IMG/VR virus record: IMGVR_UViG_3300009788_000098
Span: 21,244 to 85,243 of that record
Reading direction: 5' to 3' (one strand)
Source: a virus
Length of the DNA stretch: 64,000 bases
Shown: positions 1 to 9,068 of the stretch, piece after piece
Layout of the letters: each line of letters begins with the position of its first letter
Position numbering within the stretch: the first letter of the stretch is position 1
Translations under genes and position numbers: made by a program
Notes under the pieces: model-generated
Told to the model about the DNA's origin: nothing
The model's database searches: none
Seen by the model: the letters and a program-made list of their open reading frames with translations, nothing else

Positions 1-65
1 GGTGAGGCTTGACCCTGTAACATAAAGTTGGTACAATTTATATATTCTAAACCTCGGAGGTAACA

Positions 66-347
66 ATGGAAAATCTTTTATTGTCAGTAAGTGGAATGAA
101 CGAATATGTAGTTTTGGGGATCGCAGCCTTTGTCGTATTCCTTGTTGTAAGGACACTCAATTTTTTTGGGTATCTCAGCACAGGAACAATGAAGCGCATT
201 GGAGTACTCGTTGGTAGTGCAGTAACGTCTAACATGCTGTGCGAGGCTGAGAAGGTCTTGAGCGCGGTTGTTATCGGGTTGCTGTCAGTTGGCTTCAATG
301 AGCTGGTGACATTTATCGGGAAGGTCAAGATAAGTAAAAAAGCGTAA
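66..347 (+). CDS. small multi-pass membrane protein, holin-like
   Basis: 93 aa, GGAGG RBS, 2-3 hydrophobic segments, basic C-terminus KVKISKKA. Confidence 0.45.
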   Translation: MENLLLSVSGMNEYVVLGIAAFVVFLVVRTLNFFGYLSTGTMKRIGVLVGSAVTSNMLCEAEKVLSAVVIGLLSVGFNELVTFIGKVKISKKA

Positions 348-371
348 GAGTCGGCAGCAAGCTATTGGGTT

Positions 372-399
372 TGCGGGTGTCCCTCAACACCCGCATTTT
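372..399 (+). terminator. intrinsic terminator
   Basis: tgcgggtgt-ccctca-acacccgca hairpin followed by TTTT. Confidence 0.7.
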
Positions 400-426
400 G
401 GCAAGAAGTTTAGGTAAGGAGAAGGC

Positions 427-594
427 ATGAAAGTCATCAAAGTCAACAATCTGCGTGAGATCAAGGGGAAAAGATTGCACGTTGTTACTTGCGATGATGT
501 CAAGCGTGCAGTACGCAGGTTTGAGCATGTGTATGGAAAGAAGCCGAAGGTGGTGTACGATACCCCTAATGGGTTCTGTATGGTGGTGGAGTAG
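427..594 (+). CDS. hypothetical protein (55 aa, below ORF-track cutoff)
   Basis: AAGGAG RBS, MKVIKVNNLREIKG...CMVVE, stop abuts next ATG. Confidence 0.6.
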   Translation: MKVIKVNNLREIKGKRLHVVTCDDVKRAVRRFEHVYGKKPKVVYDTPNGFCMVVE

Positions 595-948
595 ATGAAA
601 ATAAACAAATGTGACTTTTGTGAGAGACCTACCATGATTCATTTTGTGCCCGTAATTGACGGCAAAGATAAAATTATGTGTATGGACTGTACTATCAATA
701 CACTGAATGAGTTGCTGAAAGAAGCTGAGAGACTGAAAGAACAATGTCGCTGGATACCTGTTAGCGAAAGAGTGCCTAAAAGTAGCACGACAATGGTTGC
801 TCTTATAAATATTTATGAGTGTGATTGGAATACAATTGGCTGGCTTGATGAGGAAGAGGATGAAGGGTGGGCGACAGACGGTGGATTTGTTCCATTAGGC
901 CATTTTACCCATTGGCAACCCCTACCACCGCCCCCGGAGGATGAGTAA
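595..948 (+). CDS. DUF551-like phage protein with N-terminal Cys motif
   Basis: WIPVSERVP...THWQPLPPPP signature; CxxC...CxxC at N-terminus. Confidence 0.75.
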   Translation: MKINKCDFCERPTMIHFVPVIDGKDKIMCMDCTINTLNELLKEAERLKEQCRWIPVSERVPKSSTTMVALINIYECDWNTIGWLDEEEDEGWATDGGFVPLGHFTHWQPLPPPPEDE

Positions 949-1110
949 TGGGCAAGTTTGGTAAAGGCACACCAGAACAATTGTTATGGAAAGCAGTAAA
1001 GCAAGTCCAATATGGATATTACTGTGATAATTACTCACCAAACTATTCATGGGGAAGAGTAGTGCGAGCACTGTTGGCAATTATAGCACGCATTCATAGT
1101 GAGCATATAG

Positions 1111-1974
1111 ATGATTGACATTCTCCTCTGTGCCCCGACCTATCGTTCTAGTACCGCTGCAATACGGATGATAGAGTCACTGCATCACATTGATGCTAAC
1201 GTGCTGTGCTTCATAACGGGGTCGAGAGAGGATGAGGAATTGTTGGTCATTGCTGACTACCTGGTTGGCAAAGATTTTCCTGTCATTCTAGCGTGCGCGG
1301 AGCGCAATTGTGCTGCCTTCAACCAGGCATGGGGGTTCGTGTGGGCAGTGAACAACGGATTACATGCCAAGTACGTATGCTGGATAGATGATGATGTAGA
1401 ATTTGTGCACAATGATGTTGCCATAATGCAGGCAATTGAGGGTGCTGAACCGTTTTCGTTGTTGTCTCTAGCATTACCTTGTGAGCCGCGGGAAAAAAAC
1501 AATCCAATTGGCGCTGGGTGGTTGGATGCGTGTGGTATCGTTGCAAAGTTCGAGGATTGTGTGAAATATGGTGTGAGGGATTCACAACCTGAAGCACCAT
1601 GGATATTCTACACTGAAGTAGAGTACATGCACCGTATGTGTTACTTTACAAACAGACCTACAGCTTCAAGTGTGGGTTGTTATTACTTGCATTATCAGCG
1701 CACCGATGCAGACCTCATTGAGAAGCGGGCTGAGACTGAGGCGGAGGCTTTCCACTATGCTGGTCGTTTCTGGAAGGACAAGTTTGACATTGATGTTCAC
1801 ATAGACCCGATTGGAGACCCTGATGTTTGGGGTGAGTTGTGGGCATTGTGTAATACTGGGTATAACTATAACTTTGAGAAACATCTGATATTTGATGGGC
1901 GGTGGGTTGATTGGGAAGACATTTATAACAGTTATAATGTAGAGATATTAAGAGGAGTACAACAAGATGAGTGA
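1111..1974 (+). CDS. GT-A fold glycosyltransferase-like protein
   Basis: ILLCAPTY start and YVCWIDDDVEF DxD motif. Confidence 0.55.
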   Translation: MIDILLCAPTYRSSTAAIRMIESLHHIDANVLCFITGSREDEELLVIADYLVGKDFPVILACAERNCAAFNQAWGFVWAVNNGLHAKYVCWIDDDVEFVHNDVAIMQAIEGAEPFSLLSLALPCEPREKNNPIGAGWLDACGIVAKFEDCVKYGVRDSQPEAPWIFYTEVEYMHRMCYFTNRPTASSVGCYYLHYQRTDADLIEKRAETEAEAFHYAGRFWKDKFDIDVHIDPIGDPDVWGELWALCNTGYNYNFEKHLIFDGRWVDWEDIYNSYNVEILRGVQQDE

Positions 1975-2170
1975 AAAAGTAAAATGTGTATCGGTTTATC
2001 TTGATGGTTGTTACGGATATACTGTGCCAGCAAATCCAAAGGATATAGCCTGTATGCTTGATGGCGAATTGGACGGCATAGACCTTGGTGATGATGTGGT
2101 CATAGAGCTAAAAGTTGTTGGATTTACACAAGATGAAATAGATAACTTTGGCGAATTCGCAGGCTGGTGA
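1967..2170 (+). CDS. acidic hypothetical protein
   Basis: AGGAG RBS, overlaps neighbouring genes. Confidence 0.55.
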   Translation: MSEKVKCVSVYLDGCYGYTVPANPKDIACMLDGELDGIDLGDDVVIELKVVGFTQDEIDNFGEFAGW

Positions 2171-2437
2171 ACAAGGGATTGGGCAGAGATATATGGTGGT
2201 GGATGATTGAATATATGTCCTGCACAAACTGCAACAAGAATACGATGAAAGTTACTATAACAACTGGAACAAAAGTGTTAGATTGTGGCACACTAAACAA
2301 AATAACTATCTGTAAATTCTCTTGTGAAGAATGTGGATGTTTACACGGAACGACATCAGTAAGTATCCCAAACTCAATTCCAGAAGCAGATATAGTTTTT
2401 GACAACTACATTTGCCACGAGAATATTGAGATGTTGA

Positions 2438-2596
2438 GTGATTGAGCTTGAGAACGGTTTCCAGTTGCACTTGGGGGACTGCCTTGAGGTGATAAAGAAC
2501 TTGCCTAACGAGAGTGTTGATTTAATTGTAACTGATCCTCCATATGGAGATAGTAACAGGAGTGTAAAATGGCACAACCAAAGAGAATTATTATAG
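2438..2596 (+). pseudogene. 5' remnant of N4C/N6A DNA methyltransferase
   Basis: GTG-IELENGFQLHLGDCLEVIKNLPNESVDLIVTDPPYGDS then unrelated sequence and TAG; paralogous to 3631 and 5687. Confidence 0.8.
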
Positions 2597-2988
2597 AGTA
2601 CGATAATGGGTGTGCGGATGTAATCGACCTTTTTGAGGGCTGCTATAGTATGGACTGGGGGTATGGAGAGATTGGAGGGTATCGGAACGTTGAAGGCATA
2701 ATGAGGTTTGTCATAAGAGGCACTGGCAGATTTCTTCGCAAACAAAAAGGTGACAAGTATTCTTGTAATCGGAAGGAAGAAACTATGAACGAAAAATTAA
2801 ACTTGAACAATTATTCAGAACTGTTTTTCAAAGTTCCAGTTGATAGCAAGATGACTTATGACGAAGCCAAACGACTTGTTGGCTGTATTTTGTACATAGA
2901 GGGAGGCGACGCGCTTGAGGTCACTTCTATTAGCGATGATGACGATTTCGTTTATATAAATGTGGAGAAAATAGATGAAGATAACTGA
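2569..2988 (+). CDS. hypothetical protein
   Basis: AGGAG RBS; possible internal second start MNEKL. Confidence 0.55.
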   Translation: MAQPKRIIIEYDNGCADVIDLFEGCYSMDWGYGEIGGYRNVEGIMRFVIRGTGRFLRKQKGDKYSCNRKEETMNEKLNLNNYSELFFKVPVDSKMTYDEAKRLVGCILYIEGGDALEVTSISDDDDFVYINVEKIDEDN

Positions 2989-3142
2989 CATCAAGGTCGT
3001 TGACATTGATATTCCGTTCTTGAGGTGGGTTGGGATACTTATAAAAGTGACACTTGCTTCATTAGTAGTGTCAGTCATTGTGTTTGGTGTGCTGACAGTG
3101 CTGTTAGTTGCTGGCACGGTGTTTCTTGCGATGCTGGTATGA
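2975..3142 (+). CDS. small membrane protein (55 aa)
   Basis: GGAG RBS, MKITDIKVVDIDIPFLRW followed by long hydrophobic stretch. Confidence 0.55.
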   Translation: MKITDIKVVDIDIPFLRWVGILIKVTLASLVVSVIVFGVLTVLLVAGTVFLAMLV

Positions 3143-3161
3143 CTAGACTTCAGTAAAGTCC

Positions 3162-3190
3162 TTGACAAGAACACAGATTAATGGTATACT
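3162..3190 (+). promoter_or_regulatory. sigma70/sigmaA promoter
   Basis: TTGACA-N17-TATACT with TG extension. Confidence 0.8.
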
Positions 3191-3227
3191 GTGTATAGAA
3201 ATATCCAACTAGTGAAAGGAGAAAGTT

Positions 3228-3602
3228 GTGAAAATTAGCAATAAATCACAGACCATACTCAAAGAAACGTTTGCTCAATACAAAGATGCAGACCCAGTAG
3301 ATTTCGGCATAAGCAAAACCCTATATGACCGTGCGGTGTTCCACATCTACCCTGTTGGAGATACCCTAAACGATGAGAACGAGGAATCAGCGGGCTACAC
3401 AACCTGTCTGCTGTTCGACCTCCATATTTATGACACTAAGAACATGCAAAAATACATACTATCCAACAGAGACGGTATAGACTTCATCGGTTTCGAGAAC
3501 GTAAAAGTCCACGTATTCAAAGACCAAAGCACGATGATTGCGGTGGACGTAGAGGAAATACAAATATGTAATCTCAAGCTAGTAACGGTAACTCACACAT
3601 GA
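3228..3602 (+). CDS. hypothetical protein
   Basis: AAGGAG RBS, GTG start, own promoter. Confidence 0.65.
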   Translation: MKISNKSQTILKETFAQYKDADPVDFGISKTLYDRAVFHIYPVGDTLNDENEESAGYTTCLLFDLHIYDTKNMQKYILSNRDGIDFIGFENVKVHVFKDQSTMIAVDVEEIQICNLKLVTVTHT

Positions 3603-3630
3603 GTGCAATAATTATAAAACGGACAACAAT

Positions 3631-4371
3631 ATGATTGAACTTAAAAATGGCTTCCATTTGCATCACGGGAATTGTCTTGAAACGACAACACGAATGCCAA
3701 ATAAAAGCATTGATCTGATAATAACTGATCCTCCCTATGGAGACAGCTACAAAAGTTGTTATCAGAATTATGACAATAGGGGAACAATACCCGTGAGAAT
3801 TGAGCGTGAAGATTATTTTCAAGAAATAGAAGGTGACGAAGAGGTTCCTACCGAGTATTTAATTGAATGTTATAGATTACTAAAAGATGCTTCTGCCATC
3901 TACATTTTTTGCAAATGGAACAAATGGCATATTCTTTTCCCCGCTGTAGAACAAGCAGGTTTCAAGATAAAGAATATGATTGTGATGAACAAAAACAATC
4001 ATGGAATGGGGGATTTGAAGGGTAGCTATGCCCCCAAGCATGAGCTTGTAATGTTTGCTACTAAAGGAAAGCATATTCTAAGGTACAAGATGCGACCTAA
4101 AGATGTAATAAGAGCAAAGGTTCTATACAGTGGCTCAAGAAGATTACATCCTAACCAAAAGCCTGTAGAGTGGATAATACCATTTATTTTACATTCATCA
4201 GATGAAAGCGACACGATACTAGATTTGTATATGGGTTCTGGGACAACTGGCGAAGCATGTGTCAACACCGCCAGGAATTTCGTGGGTATTGAGAAAGAGA
4301 AGAAATACTTTGATATAGCGGTAAAGCGCATCCGAAAAGCGCAAATGCAACCGTTGCTATTCCAACCTTAA
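3631..4371 (+). CDS. N4-cytosine/N6-adenine DNA methyltransferase (beta class)
   Basis: ITDPPY motif IV, HPNQKP, LDLYMGSGTTG motif I. Confidence 0.92.
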   Translation: MIELKNGFHLHHGNCLETTTRMPNKSIDLIITDPPYGDSYKSCYQNYDNRGTIPVRIEREDYFQEIEGDEEVPTEYLIECYRLLKDASAIYIFCKWNKWHILFPAVEQAGFKIKNMIVMNKNNHGMGDLKGSYAPKHELVMFATKGKHILRYKMRPKDVIRAKVLYSGSRRLHPNQKPVEWIIPFILHSSDESDTILDLYMGSGTTGEACVNTARNFVGIEKEKKYFDIAVKRIRKAQMQPLLFQP

Positions 4372-4620
4372 CAACTCCAACTCCTCTGGAATATTTAAGA
4401 TTAGAAGTGCATTTTCACCCTGTGCAGATGGGCAAGAATGGGGTAGAATACGTGTACTATGAAAAGCAGTAAGGCAATGTCGATAACTATTGAAAGTTCC
4501 CCGTGTCCGTGGTCTGGCAAGGTCGCCCCTTACCTTACTGCTTTGGCCTTCTGACCACGAACAAGGGGAATTTGCTTATTGATTTTAGTCCCAACAGGAA
4601 GGAGATAGGGAGTATTTTTT

Positions 4621-5568
4621 ATGGAAATGGTAAAAGAAGAGTTCAATTTGGTGGAGTTGCTGGAGGGCAGCTACGGTGACTATCGGGAGGCGGAGCCAGA
4701 ACCAGACAACTGGTTTGACTTATTGGATGACCGCGTCTTTGAGGTTACCAGTGATATGGAAGACGCTCTCAGAGACATGGACAGACGGAAAGAGCTGGAT
4801 GAACGGCGTTTATCTCGTATAGCTGACTGTGGGAACTGGGCTTATTGGTTTGATCCGCACGCCGGGTCAATGAAAACGTATAAGTTTCGTTGTGACCTGT
4901 TCCGTGAGTGTCCAAAGTGCTTGGAGCAGAGAGCTAAGGCTGAATTCAAGCAGTGGCGAAAGGTAATGTACGAGCCAGTTGCCCACTTCACAATGGATAG
5001 TGGTGAAACGGATAGTTGGCTACGTAAAGCTGGCGCAAAGAAGAGTGATTATGTCAGATACCCACAGAAAGACGGGACTGATGTGTTACTCGTGCAAAGA
5101 GATTTAATTCCTGACGCATCACTCGTCGGCCCTGAATGGTATCACCAACAGGATTGGACAAAGATTATGGACACGCCTGAAGGTCGTAACCGTTCTGGAA
5201 CGCTGCACGCTGGCCCACCCCCAAGTGGTAAGGAAGAGTACACGGTTATCACGACCATGCAATTCCTCACAACCGCTGATTGGGTAGTGACAGCAGAAGC
5301 TATGCGACAGGTCATTGAGGACACAGGACATTATCGCCCTACAGAACCTCAACATGTTGTATCTTGTCTCACAGATCGCACGAACAAGACTGTTGCGAAG
5401 CTTTTAGCTGCTGGCTATGAGATCACGATCTACAAGAAGAAGTTCAAGCTGATACACAGTAAGATTTCGTGGGATAATATAGATATACATACGGAAAATC
5501 TTACCAAAGTTCCGCTTCATGTATTGCACAAAAGACGGCAAAAACGGCTCGTCGCAGGTCTAATCTAG
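4621..5568 (+). CDS. Zn-finger protein, possible replication initiator
   Basis: RIADCG...FRCDLFRECPKC resembles the N-terminal Zn finger of Rep/IS91-type proteins; no clear HUH motif. Confidence 0.4.
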   Translation: MEMVKEEFNLVELLEGSYGDYREAEPEPDNWFDLLDDRVFEVTSDMEDALRDMDRRKELDERRLSRIADCGNWAYWFDPHAGSMKTYKFRCDLFRECPKCLEQRAKAEFKQWRKVMYEPVAHFTMDSGETDSWLRKAGAKKSDYVRYPQKDGTDVLLVQRDLIPDASLVGPEWYHQQDWTKIMDTPEGRNRSGTLHAGPPPSGKEEYTVITTMQFLTTADWVVTAEAMRQVIEDTGHYRPTEPQHVVSCLTDRTNKTVAKLLAAGYEITIYKKKFKLIHSKISWDNIDIHTENLTKVPLHVLHKRRQKRLVAGLI

Positions 5569-5651
5569 CAAATTAGCCTACTTAGTCCATAAGTAGCGAT
5601 AGTTGAAGGTCAACCGATGGTGGAAAGTAACAGGGAGATAGGTAAACTGAC

Positions 5652-5680
5652 TTGCATATTTTGTCAAGATATGGTATTAT
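5652..5680 (+). promoter_or_regulatory. promoter, probably giving leaderless mRNA
   Basis: TTGCAT-N17-TATTAT (TG extension); ATG 6 nt downstream, no RBS. Confidence 0.7.
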
Positions 5681-5686
5681 AGTGTA

Positions 5687-6319
5687 ATGATTGAATTAGA
5701 TAGTGGTTTCCAATTGCATTTGGGAGATTGTTTACAAATTATGAAGGGTATGCCTGGTGGTTCTGTGGATGCGGTGGTTACCGACCCGCCGTATGGAATA
5801 GGACGAGTATGGAAAGGCGGTGCTTCATGTGGTTGGGCATCCGCACAGAAACAGACATCCAAAAGGAACGAATGGGATGATAAACCACCCTCAAAAGAAG
5901 TATTTGATACTATTCTGTCCACTGGCAACACGGTGATTATATGGGGCGGGAATTACTTTGAATTGCCTACATCTCGCGGGTGGCTTGTATGGGTAAAGCC
6001 AGAGAGGGGCTTCACATTATCCGAGGCTGAGTTAGCATGGACTAATATGGATATGCCAATGAGAGTATTTGAGCATCGGCGCTCTGATAGAGGGCGTGTC
6101 CATCCTACACAGAAACCGCTTGGTTTAATGAAGTGGTGTATAACAAAATACACAAAAGAGAGCGACACCGTCCTCGATCCCTTTATGGGCAGTGGAACAA
6201 CGGGAGTAGCCTGTCACTTGACGGGACGTAACTTTATCGGCATTGAAATTGATCCTGATTACTTTGCCATAGCAGAGAAACGCATTCGAGAAGTGCAGAT
6301 GCAACCGTTATTATTTTGA
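5687..6319 (+). CDS. N4-cytosine/N6-adenine DNA methyltransferase (beta class)
   Basis: VTDPPY, HPTQKP, LDPFMGSGTTG. Confidence 0.93.
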   Translation: MIELDSGFQLHLGDCLQIMKGMPGGSVDAVVTDPPYGIGRVWKGGASCGWASAQKQTSKRNEWDDKPPSKEVFDTILSTGNTVIIWGGNYFELPTSRGWLVWVKPERGFTLSEAELAWTNMDMPMRVFEHRRSDRGRVHPTQKPLGLMKWCITKYTKESDTVLDPFMGSGTTGVACHLTGRNFIGIEIDPDYFAIAEKRIREVQMQPLLF

Positions 6320-6534
6320 AAGGAGAAGTTATGAACGTTATGAACGGAGGATACCCAATGCCAGATGAATTTGACCCCGATAACCTAGATACTGATAGAC
6401 AGTTGACAGAGGTACTGGAAGAACAGAACAAAGAATTGAAAGCCGAGGTTGAGAGGCTGAAGAAATTATTGAAAGAAGCAATTTATCGCACCGATGCGCC
6501 TGCTGGTGAAGATTGTCTAGGGTGGCAAGGCTAA
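6316..6534 (+). CDS. coiled-coil hypothetical protein
   Basis: AAGGAG RBS (likely start 6331), LKAEVERLKKLLKEA heptads. Confidence 0.55.
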   Translation: MKGEVMNVMNGGYPMPDEFDPDNLDTDRQLTEVLEEQNKELKAEVERLKKLLKEAIYRTDAPAGEDCLGWQG

Positions 6535-6663
6535 AGAGTGGCGGAAATGAATCCTATATTTGCCTACATAATTACAGTTGCCGTGTGTAGTATAATATTC
6601 ACCGTGCTTCTCACCATCTTCATTTATTGCGGCCTTGAAGAAGACTGGGGAGATTGGGATTGA

Positions 6664-6711
6664 ATGGTTGAACTAGAGAACGGATTTCAGTTGTACAGGA
6701 GTGTAAGATGA
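6664..6711 (+). pseudogene. minimal 5' remnant of DNA methyltransferase
   Basis: MVELENGFQLYRSVR*, matching the MIELxNGFQL N-terminus of the paralogues. Confidence 0.65.
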
Positions 6712-7073
6712 GGATACCGATAAAAGCGTTGAAGGAGATTGCAAAGAAATATAGCCTTTCTCACATTATTTTATTTGCTTATCACCCGAATAGTAAAGAA
6801 CACCATATCGCCTCTTATGGCAAATCACTGGAGGGGTGTTCCCAAGCAGCAGATTTTAGCAATACGTTAAGGGAAGCGCTAGGATGGCCTGAAGCATTAC
6901 TTGTACAACCATCACGAGTAAAGAAATTGCAAGTCGAGGTTGAGGGGTTGAAGGAATTATTAAAACAAGTTGCTCAGCATGTTAGTACTGATAATATTGG
7001 AGCCGGGTCAGCTTTAGTTTGTGACACTCTTCAAAAATTGATGAGAGACAATTATTTTTATGAACAAAAATAG
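6708..7073 (+). CDS. hypothetical protein
   Basis: AGGAG RBS, 121 aa with LQVEVEGLKELLKQ coiled coil. Confidence 0.65.
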   Translation: MRIPIKALKEIAKKYSLSHIILFAYHPNSKEHHIASYGKSLEGCSQAADFSNTLREALGWPEALLVQPSRVKKLQVEVEGLKELLKQVAQHVSTDNIGAGSALVCDTLQKLMRDNYFYEQK

Positions 7074-7093
7074 CTTCTGATACCCGGAAGGAA
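7066..7093 (+). repeat. 28-bp direct repeat, copy 1
   Basis: aaaaatagcttctgatacccggaaggaa, identical at 8833-8860. Confidence 0.9.
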
Positions 7094-7106
7094 GTGAGTG
7101 GCTTGC

Positions 7107-7135
7107 TTGACACAACTGTCAAGATGTGGTATTAT
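7107..7135 (+). promoter_or_regulatory. promoter with palindrome over -35
   Basis: TTGACA-N17-TATTAT; cttgaca-caac-tgtcaag inverted repeat. Confidence 0.8.
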
Positions 7136-7296
7136 AGTGTAGCATATGATATAAAGCGGTAACCACACCGTCAAGTGGGTGGAAAGCCCACACCTCCCCC
7201 TTACCCTGTTGGGAATTGGATGGCAGTTATAGTAGCTTACTGAGTGCGAACCTCAACCATCCAACTACAAGGACACCGTTGAACGAAGGAGAAACC

Positions 7297-7485
7297 ATGA
7301 TTGACTTGCAATATGTACACAAATGTCCACGATGTAATAATCTTTACTCTGATGAACGATTGTGGGAGCTTATTACAAATATGAAAACACCCGATGCTCT
7401 CATAAAAGAGTATAAGATTGACGCATGTCCTGTATGTGTTGTAACAAAAGGCATTATAAAGGTAGTGAAATCATTTCAGGAATGA
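7297..7485 (+). CDS. small Zn-ribbon protein
   Basis: AAGGAG RBS, CPRC...CPVC. Confidence 0.6.
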   Translation: MIDLQYVHKCPRCNNLYSDERLWELITNMKTPDALIKEYKIDACPVCVVTKGIIKVVKSFQE

Positions 7486-7496
7486 AGGAGAAGATA

Positions 7497-7694
7497 ATGG
7501 GAACAATGACTTTATTTATATGTGATTTGTGTGGCAAAAAGTGCGAGGGCAAACTTTCGGAATACCCACTTAAAGATGACTTCTGCTACATTGACTTTCG
7601 TTCACTTGGCGAAAAACGTAGAGTAGAAAATATTCTTGCGTGTGACAGATGTATGAATGAATTTGATAAGCTGTTAGCTACACTAAGGACATAA
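7497..7694 (+). CDS. small Zn-ribbon protein
   Basis: AAGGAG RBS, CDLC...CDRC. Confidence 0.6.
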   Translation: MGTMTLFICDLCGKKCEGKLSEYPLKDDFCYIDFRSLGEKRRVENILACDRCMNEFDKLLATLRT

Positions 7695-7696
7695 CC

Positions 7697-8062
7697 ATGA
7701 TAACATTCCGAACGGGAGACGTAGTTGAGATCAACAATGTGCCAGGCAAAGTTGTACGCACAAAGAGTAGGCAGCTCATTGTAGAGCCGTTACCGAAGTA
7801 CACCTATGCCAATGGGGTCATGCAGTTTGACGAGGAGGACATAGAGCAAGCAGGGAAGTTCTTGGAAATCACATTCATGCGCTTGCACACCGAAATAACG
7901 AACCTGATATCGCTGGTTGAGCTTGCATTGCGAGCTGATGTGCAATATAAACAGCACTACATATATCTGTTAGCGCAAGCAATTGGGGTTGAGATGGGCG
8001 GTATTGATAGAGGTGAGATACCGCACTATGAGGAGGAAGAAGACAATGGCGAGGACAGTTAG
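7697..8062 (+). CDS. hypothetical protein
   Basis: AAGGA RBS, 121 aa. Confidence 0.6.
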   Translation: MITFRTGDVVEINNVPGKVVRTKSRQLIVEPLPKYTYANGVMQFDEEDIEQAGKFLEITFMRLHTEITNLISLVELALRADVQYKQHYIYLLAQAIGVEMGGIDRGEIPHYEEEEDNGEDS

Positions 8063-8268
8063 TTCTATGAGATGTTTGACGCTCATGTCAACTTCAGACC
8101 GATATTATCCTAAGTTTGCCCAGTTCTCGTTTTACGAAGTGCGTTCTGGGCTACCTAGAGATAACTGGCCTGCTGGGACTATATTTCGGGATGGGCGTGG
8201 GCATTTGCGACATGTTCGGAGAGGTAAGAAAGGCGGGTTGATACTGGTGAAGGGGGGCGGGAGGTCGG

Positions 8269-8715
8269 ATGGACATAAGAGGACACTTGATGATGGTGGT
8301 CATAGCTTGCTTATTAGTGGGACTGGCGGGATGTGCTGACCCAGTGGTATTTGAAGCAGTTCGAGACACAGTCGGGCTGCAAGAAGCAACATTGGGTATG
8401 TGGTCAACTGAGTTGTTTTACGATGGGGCACATTACTTTGGAGTAACCCCGCTCTCTCAACAGACGTATTGGATACGGTCTACAATTGAGGGCGTGATTA
8501 CAGACTGCGGGGTGAACGGGAATATCTGCAACATTGCCGATGTGCCAATGACCGGTGTTGAATGGCATATGTTGCCGGAAACAGTCAAGGCGGGAATGGT
8601 GAATTTTGTTCTGACTGTGATTGACAATGCACAGTACGTGAACGCCTGGTTGATGATTATACCAGTAGGCGAGTTTGATATCTTTGATGTAATAGCACCG
8701 AGAGAGAAGACGTGA
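8269..8715 (+). CDS. predicted lipoprotein
   Basis: hydrophobic signal ending in lipobox LAG-C. Confidence 0.6.
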   Translation: MDIRGHLMMVVIACLLVGLAGCADPVVFEAVRDTVGLQEATLGMWSTELFYDGAHYFGVTPLSQQTYWIRSTIEGVITDCGVNGNICNIADVPMTGVEWHMLPETVKAGMVNFVLTVIDNAQYVNAWLMIIPVGEFDIFDVIAPREKT

Positions 8716-8832
8716 TGGTTATTAATAAGTGAATGATGAGCAAAACAATTACGTGTAAAAAATGCAGATGGATTTTTGATGGTCGATGGTGTCCAAAGTG
8801 TGGTTGGGATAGAGCGTCAAAATATGAGGAAG

Positions 8833-8860
8833 AAAAATAGCTTCTGATACCCGGAAGGAA
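8833..8860 (+). repeat. 28-bp direct repeat, copy 2
   Basis: identical to 7066-7093. Confidence 0.9.
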
Positions 8861-9068
8861 AGGAGAATGATGATGACTGATATGTATATTGTTGAAATTG
8901 ATGACAGGAGATATGAGATAGCTCTTGAGGTTGCGGAATTGATAAAAGGTCAAGGGGAAGAGCTCGAGGAGTTGAAGACTGAGAATGAAAGTTATAAACT
9001 TCAATGTGATATGCTGCAAAAATTAGTAAGGGCAACTTCAAAGGAATTGAAGGAAAGCGAGGACTAAA

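Noticed and set aside
4621-5568. IS91-family transposase or integrase
   Set aside because: Only the Zn-finger resembles it; no HUH/Y2 or tyrosine-recombinase motifs and no IS ends seen
7216-7264. Canonical tRNA gene
   Set aside because: Only ~50 nt, no D or anticodon arm; kept only as a tRNA-like structure
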